NCBI GenBank assembly: GCA_042216675.1
Contig: JBDGTS010000057.1
Location: forward strand, 1 to 29,658
Direction of reading: 5' to 3'
DNA from: Halobacteriaceae archaeon
Lineage (GTDB): Archaea > Halobacteriota > Halobacteria > Halobacteriales > Halobacteriaceae
Length of the DNA stretch: 29,658 nucleotides
Position numbers and translations under genes: made by a program. Position 1 is the stretch's first letter. Each line of letters starts with the position of its first letter. The notes under the pieces are model-generated. The model saw nothing but the letters and a program-made list of their open reading frames with translations. It ran no database searches and was not told where the DNA came from. Shown piece by piece: positions 15,769 through 25,487 of the stretch.

Positions 15769-16977
15769 ATGAGCCGCGAGGAGGTCGAAATCGAGTACGA
15801 ACCCCGGAGCGTGAAGGCGGTGCTGACGGAGATGAAAAACACCGCCGAACTCCTCATCGACCTCTCGTACTCGGCGGTGCTGTTCGAGCGACGGGACCTC
15901 GCCGAGGAGGTCCTCGAACTCGAATCGGAGATGGACCGCCTCCAGATTCACGCCCGGATGGCCCTGCTGATGGCCGCGCGGAACCCCGACGACGCGGAGT
16001 CGCTGGCGCCCGTCCTCGGCATCGTCAGCGCCACCGCGAAGATCTCCGACGCCGCGGGTGACGTGGCGAAAGTCGTCTTGGAGGAGATGGGCCTCCCCGA
16101 CGAAATCAAACACGCCCTTCCGGAGGCCGTCGAGACCCTCGTCCGCGCCGAGGTGTGCTCCGCATCTACCTACGCGGGGCAGACGCTGGGCGACGCGAAC
16201 CTCGAAACCGAAACCGGGGTCCGCGTCATCGCGATTCGGCGCGGGGGCGACTGGCTCCTCAATCCCGACCGGGACACCCGCGTCGAGGCCGGCGACACCC
16301 TGCTCTGCCGGGGTCCCGAACGCGGCCTCGTGGACGTGTACGAGGGCCTGACCGGCGAAGCGTACGACCCACCGGAACCGGGAGCCGAGGTGAGCGGCGA
16401 CTTCGACCGCGCGGCGGAGACGCTCGTGTTGATGAAGGACGTGAGCGAACTCGGCGTCGACCTCGCGTACGGTGCGCTTCTCTTCGACAACGACGACCTC
16501 GCCGCCGAGGTGCTGGAACTCGAAGTCGAGATGGACGCCCTGCAGGCCCGCTTCGAGGCGTGGCTGTTGGAGGCGGCCGCCGACGTGCCCGACCCCGTCT
16601 CCCTGCGCGGCCTCCTCCACATCGCCTCCTCCACCGAGGTCATCAGCGACGCGGCGGTGGAAATCAGCGAGGGCGTCCTCCGGGGCGTCAGCACCCATCC
16701 CGTCGTCGTCGAGGCCGTCGAGGAGTCAGACGAGGTCATCGTGCGCGTCTCCGTGGCGCCCGACAGCGCCCTCGCGGGGGAGACGATCGGCGACGTGGCC
16801 GTGCGCTCGGAGACGGGAATGCAAATCGTCGCTGTGCGCCGCGGCGACGGCGACGCCACCGACCGGAGGGACTGGGAACTGTCGCCCGGCGCCGAGACGA
16901 CGCTCCACGCCGGGGACGTGTTGATCGCGAAGGGCACCGCCGCGGGCGCCGACCGCCTGCGCGAGTTGGCGACCTGA
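15769..16977 (+). CDS. PhoU-like + TrkA-C (RCK-C) tandem domain protein
   Basis: Two repeats of MKxxxELxxDLxYxAxLF (PhoU-like), each followed by ETGxxxxAxRRG (TrkA-C). ATG at 15769. Confidence 0.85.
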   Translation: MSREEVEIEYEPRSVKAVLTEMKNTAELLIDLSYSAVLFERRDLAEEVLELESEMDRLQIHARMALLMAARNPDDAESLAPVLGIVSATAKISDAAGDVAKVVLEEMGLPDEIKHALPEAVETLVRAEVCSASTYAGQTLGDANLETETGVRVIAIRRGGDWLLNPDRDTRVEAGDTLLCRGPERGLVDVYEGLTGEAYDPPEPGAEVSGDFDRAAETLVLMKDVSELGVDLAYGALLFDNDDLAAEVLELEVEMDALQARFEAWLLEAAADVPDPVSLRGLLHIASSTEVISDAAVEISEGVLRGVSTHPVVVEAVEESDEVIVRVSVAPDSALAGETIGDVAVRSETGMQIVAVRRGDGDATDRRDWELSPGAETTLHAGDVLIAKGTAAGADRLRELAT

Positions 16978-16978
16978 G

Positions 16979-17536
16979 ATGGCGGACCCGTGGACCGTCC
17001 GGTCGATAACCCGGGCGCTGTTGCCCGTCCTGCTCGTCCTGACGGCCGTCGAAATCGGCGGCGGGTTCGTCCTCGGGTCGTACGAGGCGACCCTGCTCCG
17101 CTACCCGTCGCTTTTGGTCCTCGTGCCGGTCACCATCGGGATGGCGGGGAACCTCGGGAGCATCCTCGCCGCGCGCCTCTCGACGGCGTTCCACCTCGGG
17201 ACGCTCTCTTTCGCTCCCACCGACGAGGCTCTCGCCGGGAACGCCGCGGCGACGGTGGCGCTGGCGGCGACGGTGTTTCCGCTCCTCGGCGCGGGGGCGT
17301 GGCTGGTGACGCGGGCGCTCGGGTCCACGCGCCTCGGCCTCGCGACGGTGGCCGTCGTCGCCCTCCTCAGCGGTCTCTGTCTCGCCGTCGTCGCCATCGT
17401 CGTCACCGTCTGTGCCGCCTACGGCGCCTACCGCTTCGAACTCGACCCCGACGACGTGGTGATTCCGGTCGTCACGAACGTCTCCGACGTACTCGGTATC
17501 GTCGTCCTGTTCGCCGTCGTGGAGGTGGTGGTGTAG
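16979..17536 (+). CDS. MgtE/SLC41-type divalent cation transporter membrane subunit
   Basis: GMAGNLGSILAARLSTAFHLG; LDPDDVVIPVVTNVSDVLG. Confidence 0.88.
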   Translation: MADPWTVRSITRALLPVLLVLTAVEIGGGFVLGSYEATLLRYPSLLVLVPVTIGMAGNLGSILAARLSTAFHLGTLSFAPTDEALAGNAAATVALAATVFPLLGAGAWLVTRALGSTRLGLATVAVVALLSGLCLAVVAIVVTVCAAYGAYRFELDPDDVVIPVVTNVSDVLGIVVLFAVVEVVV

Positions 17537-18109
17537 ATGCGCTCGATACCCGACGTAGCCGAGACGGCGTACCGCGGCGCCCTGCCGACCCTGCTGGTGA
17601 GCGGCGTCGGCGGCCTCGTCGCGGGCGTCATCCTCGGCGGGATGGACGCGGAACTCCGTTCCGTCCGCGGTCTGTTGGTGATGGTGCCGGCGTTTCTCGC
17701 CATCCGCGGGAGCGTCTACGGGTCGCTCGGGTCGCGCCTGTCGAGCGCGCTCCATCAGGGCCTCATCGACCCCGTCTTCGAGGCGGACGAGCGACTCGTC
17801 GCGGCCGTCGTCGCCGCGTTCGGCAACGGCTTGCTGGCGAGCGTCGTCGCGGCCGTCCTCGCCTACGGCGTGCTGGTGGGCCTCGCGCGCCCCGTCGCGC
17901 CGCTCTGGGCCCTTCTCGCCGTCGCGCTCGTCGGCGGCGTCCTCACGGGCGTCGCGCTCTCCGTGGTCATCGTCGCAGTCGTCTTCTACGGCTACCGCTG
18001 GGGTCTCGACCCGGACGACTTGGTGGGGCCGGCGATGACCACGGCGGGCGACGTGTTCGGGATGGCCTCGCTGTACGTCGCCGCGCGCTTCGTCGCTCTC
18101 GCCCTGTGA
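17537..18109 (+). CDS. MgtE/SLC41-type divalent cation transporter membrane subunit (second paralogue)
   Basis: AIRGSVYGSLGSRLSSALHQG; GLDPDDLVGPAMTTAGDVFG. Confidence 0.88.
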   Translation: MRSIPDVAETAYRGALPTLLVSGVGGLVAGVILGGMDAELRSVRGLLVMVPAFLAIRGSVYGSLGSRLSSALHQGLIDPVFEADERLVAAVVAAFGNGLLASVVAAVLAYGVLVGLARPVAPLWALLAVALVGGVLTGVALSVVIVAVVFYGYRWGLDPDDLVGPAMTTAGDVFGMASLYVAARFVALAL

Positions 18110-18147
18110 GGGGAAACGTTATGACAGGCCGATGAGAGTAGCGGACG

Positions 18148-20061
18148 ATGGACGAACGCGAACTCCGCCGTCGCGCGGTCCTCGCCGGCATCACCGGCGG
18201 TGCGACCCTCCTCGCCGGCTGTTCCGGCGGCGGCGACGGTTCGAACGCGACGGACGGCACGGCGACGGGCGCCACGGACGACCGCACGCGACAGATGCCG
18301 GCGCTGGACCGAGGACTCGTCGCCGTCGACACCGACGACGGCGTGTACGTCCGCTGGCGCCTCTTCGCCACCGAACCCGCCGACCGAGGCTTCAATCTCT
18401 ACCGGGACGGCGACCGCGTGAACGACGACCCGATCACCGACACCACGAACTTCCTCGACGCCGCAGGCACGGCCGACGCCACCTACGAGGTGCGTCCCGT
18501 CGTCGACGGGAGCGAGGGCGACCCCTCCAAATCCGTCGCCGTGTGGGACCAGCCCTATCTCGAAATCCCGCTCCAGAAACCCGGGCCGGTCGAGGGGCCG
18601 AACGGCGGGACCGTCACCTACCACGCCAACGACGCCAGCGTCGGCGACCTGACCGGGAACGGCCGACTGGACCTCGTGCTCCAGTGGTCGCCGTCGAACG
18701 CCAAGGACAACTCACGAACGGGGAAGACGAACCAGACGATTCTCGACGCGTACACGCTCGACGGCGACCACCTCTGGCGCGTGGAGTTGGGCATCAACGT
18801 CCGCGCCGGCGCCCACTACACGCAGTTCCTCGTCTACGACTTCGACGGCGACGGGAAAGCGGAACTCGCCTGTCGCACCGCCGACGGCACCACCGACGGC
18901 GAGGGGACGGTCATCGGCGACCCCAACGCCGACCACCGGAACGAGGAGGGCTTCGTCCTCACCGGCCCGGAGTTCCTGACCGTCTTCGACGGCGAGACGG
19001 GCGCGGCCCTCGACACCGTGGACTACCGGCCGGCCCGCGGCGACATCTGTGACTGGGGGGACTGCTGGGGCAACCGCGGGGACCGCTTCCTCGCGGGCGT
19101 CGCGTACCTCGACGGCGAACGCCCGAGCATCGTCAACGGCCGCGGCTACTACGAGAAGACGATGCTCTCGGCCTTCGACTTCCGCGACGGGAGCATCGAC
19201 CACCGCTGGACCTTCGACAGCGACGACGGCAACGAGGACTACGCCGGGCAGGGCAACCACCAACTCGCCGTCGCGGACGTGGACGACGACGGCAAGGACG
19301 AAATCGTCTACGGCGCGATGGCCATCGACCACGACGGCACGGGTCTCTACTCGACTGGCTGGGGCCACGGCGACGCCATGCACGTCGGCGACCTCGACCC
19401 CGACCGGGAGGGACTGGAGGTGTTCCAGATTCACGAGGCCCGGGGACCGTGGAACGCGACGTTCCGCGACGCGGAGACGGGGGACCTCATCTGGGGGTCC
19501 GGCAAAGAGGGCGACACCGGCCGCGGCATGGCGGCGAACGTGGACCCCAACCACCGCGGCGTCGAGTGCTGGGCGTCCGGCGAACCGACCCACACCGCCG
19601 ACGGCGAGCGCCTGTACCGCGAGATTCCGTCGGCCAACTCCGCCATCTGGTGGACCGGCGACCTGACGCGGCAACTCCTCGACCACGACTGGCAGGGCGA
19701 GGGCGTCGGCATCGGTCTCATTCTCGACTGGCAGGCCGACGCCAAGCAGATGGACGTCCTCGAGCGCTTCTCCGGCACTCGCTCGAACAACTGGACGAAG
19801 GGGAACCCTTGCCTGTCGGGTGACGTCCTCGGGGACTGGCGCGAGGAGGTCATCTGGCGCACGCCCGACAGCGAGGCCCTGCGCCTGTTCGTGACGACTC
19901 ACGAGACGGAGCATCGGCTCTACACGCTGTTGCACGACCCGCAGTACAGACTCGCGCTGGCGTGGCAGAACGTCGCCTACAACCAGCCGCCCCACCCGAG
20001 TTTCTACGTCGGGAGCGACATGGACGCGCCACCGACCCCCGACATCGAACTGCTCGACTGA
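18148..20061 (+). CDS. Rhamnogalacturonan lyase, polysaccharide lyase family 11 (YesW/YesX-like), Tat lipoprotein
   Basis: RRRAVL...LAGC signal; LDRGLVAV; YHANDASVGDL; LGINVRAGAHYTQFLVYDFDGDGKAE; GQGNHQL; GHGDAMH; NNWTKGNPCLSGDVLGDWREEVI; YRLALAWQNVAYNQPPH. Confidence 0.92.
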   Translation: MDERELRRRAVLAGITGGATLLAGCSGGGDGSNATDGTATGATDDRTRQMPALDRGLVAVDTDDGVYVRWRLFATEPADRGFNLYRDGDRVNDDPITDTTNFLDAAGTADATYEVRPVVDGSEGDPSKSVAVWDQPYLEIPLQKPGPVEGPNGGTVTYHANDASVGDLTGNGRLDLVLQWSPSNAKDNSRTGKTNQTILDAYTLDGDHLWRVELGINVRAGAHYTQFLVYDFDGDGKAELACRTADGTTDGEGTVIGDPNADHRNEEGFVLTGPEFLTVFDGETGAALDTVDYRPARGDICDWGDCWGNRGDRFLAGVAYLDGERPSIVNGRGYYEKTMLSAFDFRDGSIDHRWTFDSDDGNEDYAGQGNHQLAVADVDDDGKDEIVYGAMAIDHDGTGLYSTGWGHGDAMHVGDLDPDREGLEVFQIHEARGPWNATFRDAETGDLIWGSGKEGDTGRGMAANVDPNHRGVECWASGEPTHTADGERLYREIPSANSAIWWTGDLTRQLLDHDWQGEGVGIGLILDWQADAKQMDVLERFSGTRSNNWTKGNPCLSGDVLGDWREEVIWRTPDSEALRLFVTTHETEHRLYTLLHDPQYRLALAWQNVAYNQPPHPSFYVGSDMDAPPTPDIELLD

Positions 20062-20062
20062 G

Positions 20063-20230
20063 TCACTTCATGTCGTCGAGGCGGTCCACCAGCGCCTCGG
20101 TGGAGTCGCCGGCCTCGACTTCGACGTCGCCGTCGTGTTCGTCCTCGTGGACGTTGATGGCTTCGACGTTCTCCTCGTCGTCGTCTCGGGGCTGTTCCTG
20201 TTCGGACTCGTCGTAGCTGCCGAATCCCAT
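20063..20230 (-). CDS. Small acidic haloarchaeal protein, 55 aa (DUF5786-like)
   Basis: MGFGSYDESEQEQPRDDDEENVEAINVHEDEHDGDVEVEAGDSTEALVDRLDDMK; below the ORF-track cut-off. MGFGSYDESEQ is an N-terminus I recognise from haloarchaea. Confidence 0.85.
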   Translation of the reverse strand: MGFGSYDESEQEQPRDDDEENVEAINVHEDEHDGDVEVEAGDSTEALVDRLDDMK

Positions 20231-20358
20231 ACACTCTCGTGGGCGTCCCCGCTAATGAGTGGTTCGACCCGACGCTCGTATGCGACACCGCCGCACGCGG
20301 CGTGCGTTTCGACGCGCGCACCAGAATTCCTTTCGCGGTGCCGCCCCTCAGACCAACC

Positions 20359-20945
20359 ATGAACGACTGCGGAGGCGAGGGCGGCGCGCCGACTGGCGGC
20401 CGGCGGCGCTTCCTCGCGGCCTTCGGGACGGGACTCGTGGCACTCGCTGGCTGTGCCGGGGGTGGCGGCGACGGCGACGCGCCGGCCCCGATCACACTGA
20501 CGACGGACCACGCGTGCGACGTGTGTGGGATGATCATCCCGAACCATCCCGGACCGAGCGCCGAAATCTACTACGCCGACCACGACCCCGCGGGCCACGA
20601 CAACCCGCGCGCTTCGACAGCACGTGGGAGGCCTTCCAGTTCGACTTCGGTCGGTCGGACTGGGAGCGCACCGCATTCTACGTCACGGACTACGCCGCCG
20701 TGGACTACGAGGTGCGGACGGACGAGGGCCAGCGCCTCATCTCGACTCACCCCGCGGCCGAGGCGTTCGTCGAGGCCGACTCGGTCACCTTCGTCGCCGG
20801 GTCCGAGGTGGTCGGGGCGATGGGCAAGGACCTGATCGGATTCTCGGACGCCGAGGCCGCCGCCTCCTTTCGGGACCAGTACGGCGGGAGCCTCGTGACC
20901 CTCGACGAGGTGACGCGGGAACTCATCGCGTCGCTGGGGATGTAG
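20359..20945 (+). pseudogene. nosL: NosL-family copper chaperone lipoprotein, split by a single-base frameshift
   Basis: First frame: RRRFL...LAGC...CDVCGMII...GHDNP. It continues in another frame as ARFDSTWEAF...YVTDY...GAMGKDLIGFSD. One base is missing at AACCCGCGCGC (~20604-20607). Confidence 0.8.
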
Positions 20946-22868
20946 ATGCTGGCGCGCGGAGTCATCGCCGTCGCCGCGGGGTTGCTACTCGTCGCGTCGG
21001 TGTCACTCGCTGTCCCGGCCGGCGTGGGCGGCACCGAACCGGTCCGGAACGACGAGATGCTCACGCTCGGGTTGACCGAGACGTCGTCACAGCGGATTCA
21101 GGCCGCGGACCTCGCGCTCCCGCGGGTGCAGGTGTACTACTCGGGCTACGAGTACGTCGTCCGGTTCCACAGCGTCGCGTCGTTCGTCACCGAGCAGCGA
21201 CGCACCGGCCACGACCGGCAGTTCGGGAGCGCCATCGCGGTGTTCGTTACCGACTTCACCGGGACGGGTGTGAACGTCACCGACGACGGGTATCTGTCGA
21301 CGGCCCGAGCGCCCGGCTACGTCCGGGCCGACGACGCGTCTCTCGTCGTCGGCAGCGAGGCCCGCCTGCCCGGGACCGACGGGCCGGTCGCGGTCCCCTT
21401 CGGTTCGCGGGGCGCCGCCGCGGCCTTCGCGGACGCCCACGGCGGGACCGTCCTCCCGTGGGTGAGGGGGGTCGCCGCGCTCGACCCGGTGCGTCCGCTC
21501 TCCACGCCCCGGTTCGAGGACAAAATCGACCGGCGGACGGCGTGGGCCGACCGGACCGTCGCCGCGGCCCGGACGCTCCGCGACCGCCCCGTCAGCGTCG
21601 TGGTCGGCGAGGACGCCCCGACGCTCGCGGCCGCCGTCGCGGCCGCGCCGCCGAACACGACGGTGCATCTCCCGCCGGGGACGTACGACGCGGACCGCCT
21701 CGTCGTGGACAAACCCGTCACCATCGACGGCGTCGGCACCGCATCCCGCATCCACGGGGACGGTAACGGAACGGTGGTGGTGGCCAACGCCAGCCGGGTG
21801 GGGGTCACGGACCTCCGCATCGACGGCGTGGGGTCGGTCGGAAGCCGCGGCCGAGCGGCGGCGAACGCGACGCCGACCGACGACGGCTGGTCTCGGAGCG
21901 TCGAACTCGCCTACGGACGCGGCGACGCGGCCCTCCGTCTCGTCGGCGCGAACGCCTCGCTGGTCAGCGGCGTCACCATCGACACGCCCTCGAACGGCAT
22001 CATCGCTCTTGGGAGCCGGGGCGCGACGGTTCGAAACCTCACGCTGAACGGCACGACCGACCTCGAGGACGGATTCATGGGCGTCGTCGCGATGTACGAA
22101 CCGATGGTCGTCGAGGACAGCCGGTTCCGGGGCGGCCTCGACGCCGTGTACACGCACCGCGCCCACGGCATCGTGATCCGGGACAACCGCATGTCCGGCG
22201 GGCGGTACGGCGTCCACGAGATGTACACCTCAGACGTCCTCGTCTCGAACAACACCGTTCGCGACGAGTACATCGGCATCATCCTGATGACGCGCCCGAG
22301 TGGCAACCTCGTCGTGGGCAACGACGTGCGCGACTCCCGGGTCGGCCTCTCGACGGCGGGGACGGACTCCTACTTCGCCCGCAACGTCCTCGCCGCCAAC
22401 CAGCGCGGTATCGACCTGTTGGGCTATCGCTCGCTCTACCGCGCGAACACCGTCGTCGGCAACGGCGTCGGGATGCGAGGCGCGTCGGGACTCCCGACGA
22501 ACCTCGTGACCGCCAACGACGTGGTGGCGAACGGTCGACCCGCCGCGGTCGACCTCGGGGCGCTCAGGGTCTGGACGGTTCGCGGTGCAGGCAACTACTG
22601 GGGGCCGCTCCCGAGTACCGACGGCGACGCAGATGGCTACTACGACCGCGCGTTCCGGCCCACTGCGCCCGTCGACGGGCGTGTCCACGACGTGGTCGGT
22701 GCGTGGACGCTCGCCGCGTCGCCCGCGATGACGGCCGTCCGCGGCGTGCAGTCGGCGGTCCCGGGACTCCGCTCGGGCGGCGTCGTCGACGCAGCGCCAC
22801 GGGTCGGTCCCACTCGCCCGGCCGTCCTCGCCCGCGTGCGGGCGAACGTGTCGGAGGTGTCAGCGTGA
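20946..22868 (+). CDS. nosD: NosD-family beta-helix protein with an N-terminal NosL-like domain
   Basis: PPGTY...IHGDGNGTVV; GGRYGVHEMYTSD; parallel beta-helix N-repeats; GNYWG. The N-terminal VFVTDF...VPFGSRGAAAAFADAHGGTV region resembles NosL. Confidence 0.8.
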   Translation: MLARGVIAVAAGLLLVASVSLAVPAGVGGTEPVRNDEMLTLGLTETSSQRIQAADLALPRVQVYYSGYEYVVRFHSVASFVTEQRRTGHDRQFGSAIAVFVTDFTGTGVNVTDDGYLSTARAPGYVRADDASLVVGSEARLPGTDGPVAVPFGSRGAAAAFADAHGGTVLPWVRGVAALDPVRPLSTPRFEDKIDRRTAWADRTVAAARTLRDRPVSVVVGEDAPTLAAAVAAAPPNTTVHLPPGTYDADRLVVDKPVTIDGVGTASRIHGDGNGTVVVANASRVGVTDLRIDGVGSVGSRGRAAANATPTDDGWSRSVELAYGRGDAALRLVGANASLVSGVTIDTPSNGIIALGSRGATVRNLTLNGTTDLEDGFMGVVAMYEPMVVEDSRFRGGLDAVYTHRAHGIVIRDNRMSGGRYGVHEMYTSDVLVSNNTVRDEYIGIILMTRPSGNLVVGNDVRDSRVGLSTAGTDSYFARNVLAANQRGIDLLGYRSLYRANTVVGNGVGMRGASGLPTNLVTANDVVANGRPAAVDLGALRVWTVRGAGNYWGPLPSTDGDADGYYDRAFRPTAPVDGRVHDVVGAWTLAASPAMTAVRGVQSAVPGLRSGGVVDAAPRVGPTRPAVLARVRANVSEVSA

Positions 22869-23584
22869 GCGACCCTCGACTCGCCGTGGACGGACTCGGG
22901 TTCGGGTTCGGTGACGTGCGCATCCTCGACGACGCGACGTTCTCACTCGACGCGGGGACGGTGACGGCGGTGGTCGGACCGAACGGGTCGGGTAAGACGA
23001 CCGTTCTCGAACTGCTCGCGGGGCTTCGCCGCCCGGACACCGGGACCGTCGAGCGACCGACGGGTGACGGACGAGACGTGGCGTACCTGCCGCAGTCGCC
23101 CGCGTTCCGTCCGTGGTTCACCGTCGCCGAGACGATTCGATTCTACGAAGCGCTCTCGGGCGTGGACGGCTCGGCGGCGGACGCCCTCTCCGAAGTCGGC
23201 CTCGACGACGTGGCCGGCCGTCGCGTCGACGCTCTCTCCGGGGGCATGACGCGACTGCTGGGCATCGCGCAGGCACTCGTCGGTGACCCGCCCGCAGTGT
23301 TGCTGGACGAACCGACGAGCGGTCTCGACCCGGACGTGACCGACCGGATCTTCGGCGCCACGGCCACCCTCGCCGACGAGGGTCGCGTGGTCGTCGTGGC
23401 GAGCCACGACGTGGCCGCCGTCGAGGAGTGGGCCGACCGCGTCCTCCTCGTGGCTGGGGGCGCGGTCGTCGCCGACGACACGCCCGCGGGCCTGCTCGAC
23501 CGGACCGACGCCGACACGCTCCGGCGGGCCTTCTCGGCACTCGTCAGAACGGAGCGCACCGTTCCGGCGGGAGGTGAGGCCTGA
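22865..23584 (+). CDS. nosF: ABC transporter ATP-binding protein (NosF-like)
   Basis: GPNGSGKTT, LSGGM, LLDEPTSGLDP; GTG start overlaps the nosD stop (GTGA). Confidence 0.85.
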   Translation: MSDPRLAVDGLGFGFGDVRILDDATFSLDAGTVTAVVGPNGSGKTTVLELLAGLRRPDTGTVERPTGDGRDVAYLPQSPAFRPWFTVAETIRFYEALSGVDGSAADALSEVGLDDVAGRRVDALSGGMTRLLGIAQALVGDPPAVLLDEPTSGLDPDVTDRIFGATATLADEGRVVVVASHDVAAVEEWADRVLLVAGGAVVADDTPAGLLDRTDADTLRRAFSALVRTERTVPAGGEA

Positions 23585-24402
23585 TGGCGCGGCGCCCGCT
23601 GTGGGTCATCGTCGACCGCGAACTGCGCACGCTCGCCCGCAATCGGACGCTCCTACTCGTCGCGGTGGCGTTTTTCGCCGTCGTGGTCGGTCTCGGCGGC
23701 GCTTCGATGGGGTCCCCGGGTGGCTACGTCTCGCTCACACTCGACCTCCTGACGCCGGTCGAGGTGCTGGTTCCGACCGTGGCCTTCGCGGTCACGTACC
23801 AGTCGATTCGGGGCGACGCCGTTCGCGGGGAACTCGACGTGATCCGAACGCACCCGGTGTCGCGCACGACGTACGTGGTCGGCGTCTTCCTCGGTCGGGC
23901 CGCGGCGCTCCTCGTGTTGGTGTTCGTCTCGCTGACCGTCGCGGGCGTGCTGGCGGCGTCGGGCGCGAATCAGCCCTCGGCGTACTTCGCCACTCACTCC
24001 GCCGGCGACACCCCGGTCGTGTACGCCCGCTTCGTGGCCCTCTCGGGACTGTATCTCCTCGTCGTCACCGCGATTTCGCTGGCCGTCTCCGCGGCCGCCC
24101 GGAGTCGGCGAGAGGCGCTTGCTCTCGCGGTCGGACTCCTCATTCTCCTCGCGGTCGGCTTGGATCTGGCCGTGGTGACGCTCCTCACCGCGGACGCGGT
24201 GACCGGGACGGCGCTCGGAACGGTCCTCGGTTTCAGCCCCGCGAGCGCGTTCCGAGGACTCGTCTTCGCCGCCGCGGTCGAACCCGCGCTCGCGACCCCG
24301 CCACCGGTCCCCACCGCCGCCGTGCCCGCGAGCGTGCTGGGGCTGGCGTCGTGGCTCGCCGGCGCACTCGGGGTCGCCGTCGTCGCCGTCTGGCGTTCGT
24401 GA
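23584..24402 (+). CDS. nosY: ABC-2 type permease (NosY-like)
   Basis: RELRTLARNR, RGELDVIRTHPVSRTTYVVGVFLGR, about 6 TM helices; ATG overlaps the nosF stop. Confidence 0.8.
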   Translation: MARRPLWVIVDRELRTLARNRTLLLVAVAFFAVVVGLGGASMGSPGGYVSLTLDLLTPVEVLVPTVAFAVTYQSIRGDAVRGELDVIRTHPVSRTTYVVGVFLGRAAALLVLVFVSLTVAGVLAASGANQPSAYFATHSAGDTPVVYARFVALSGLYLLVVTAISLAVSAAARSRREALALAVGLLILLAVGLDLAVVTLLTADAVTGTALGTVLGFSPASAFRGLVFAAAVEPALATPPPVPTAAVPASVLGLASWLAGALGVAVVAVWRS

Positions 24403-24428
24403 CGGTCTCGCGTTCGCTTCGCCCGTCG

Positions 24429-25487
24429 TCAGTCCAGCAGGGCGTCGAGGGCCGCCCGCTCCGCCAGCAGGTCCGCCATCCGCTCGACGGCGGCCGCAGT
24501 CCGGGTCCGCCCGGACGCGAGCGTCTCCTCCACCCGGTCGATGGTGGCGCGGGTGTCCGACTGCACCGACAGCACAGGCACCCCGGCCTCCTCCGCCCGC
24601 CCGAGGACGGCGCCCGGCGGGCGCAGGCCGCCAGTCAGCACCAGTGCCTCGATACCCCCGGCCTCCAGCGCCGCGGCGTGAATCTCGGGCCGGTCCCCTC
24701 CGGCGACGAGGACGGCCTCGCGGGTCCGCCGGAACTGGTCGAGCGCCGAGTCCGCGCTCATCGCGGCGACGACGAACCGCTCGACGTGTGCGTCGGTGGG
24801 CACGTCCTCGGAGGTGAGCAGGTCCGCGCCGAGTTCGTCCGCGAGGTCCGCCACGCTCGCGCCCGCCAGCGACTGGTCACGGGGCAGTTCCCCGACGACG
24901 GGCACGTCGCGGCCGCGGAGGAACGGCACCACGCTCTCCTGCAGTTCGTCGAGGGCGGCGTCTCGGACGCCGTTGAACAGGACGCCCGCGAGCCGGTCGT
25001 ACCCCTCCGCGGCGGCCAGTGCGGGGTCAACGTCCTCACCCGCGGCGTACGGCGCGACGACGAGCGCTCGGGCGTCGAGCAACGCCGCTACGTCCCGGTC
25101 GGTGAGGTCCACGACGCTCCCGAGCGTCTGGGACCCGCTTCCCTCCACGACGACGAGGTCCGCGTCCGCCGACAGGGCGTCGAAGCAGTCCGCGATTCGC
25201 TCCTGGAGTGCGTCGGGGTCCTCCCGGCCGCGCAGGGCGTCCTGCACGAACGTGGGCGAGTAGACGACTGGCTCCATCTCGTGCATCGCGGCGTCGAGAC
25301 CGAGCAGTTCCCGCGCAAGCATCGGGTCTTCGTCTCTGGTCTTCCCCGTCGCGGAGCGCAGTCGGGTCCCCTTCGGTTTCATGTAGGCGACCGTCTGCCC
25401 CCGGTCCTGTGCGTGTCGGGCCAGCGCCAGTCCAATCGCCGTCTTGCCGATGCCGTCTTCCGTCGAGGTGACGAGTAGCGTGTTCAT
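24429..25487 (-). CDS. Phosphotransacetylase-N/BioD-like P-loop + DRTGG domain protein
   Basis: LLVTSTEDGIGKTA, YMKPKG, VVVEG, GGDRPEI, LVLTGG; coupled to the acetate-CoA ligase gene by a 4-nt overlap. Confidence 0.88.
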   Translation of the reverse strand: MNTLLVTSTEDGIGKTAIGLALARHAQDRGQTVAYMKPKGTRLRSATGKTRDEDPMLARELLGLDAAMHEMEPVVYSPTFVQDALRGREDPDALQERIADCFDALSADADLVVVEGSGSQTLGSVVDLTDRDVAALLDARALVVAPYAAGEDVDPALAAAEGYDRLAGVLFNGVRDAALDELQESVVPFLRGRDVPVVGELPRDQSLAGASVADLADELGADLLTSEDVPTDAHVERFVVAAMSADSALDQFRRTREAVLVAGGDRPEIHAAALEAGGIEALVLTGGLRPPGAVLGRAEEAGVPVLSVQSDTRATIDRVEETLASGRTRTAAAVERMADLLAERAALDALLD

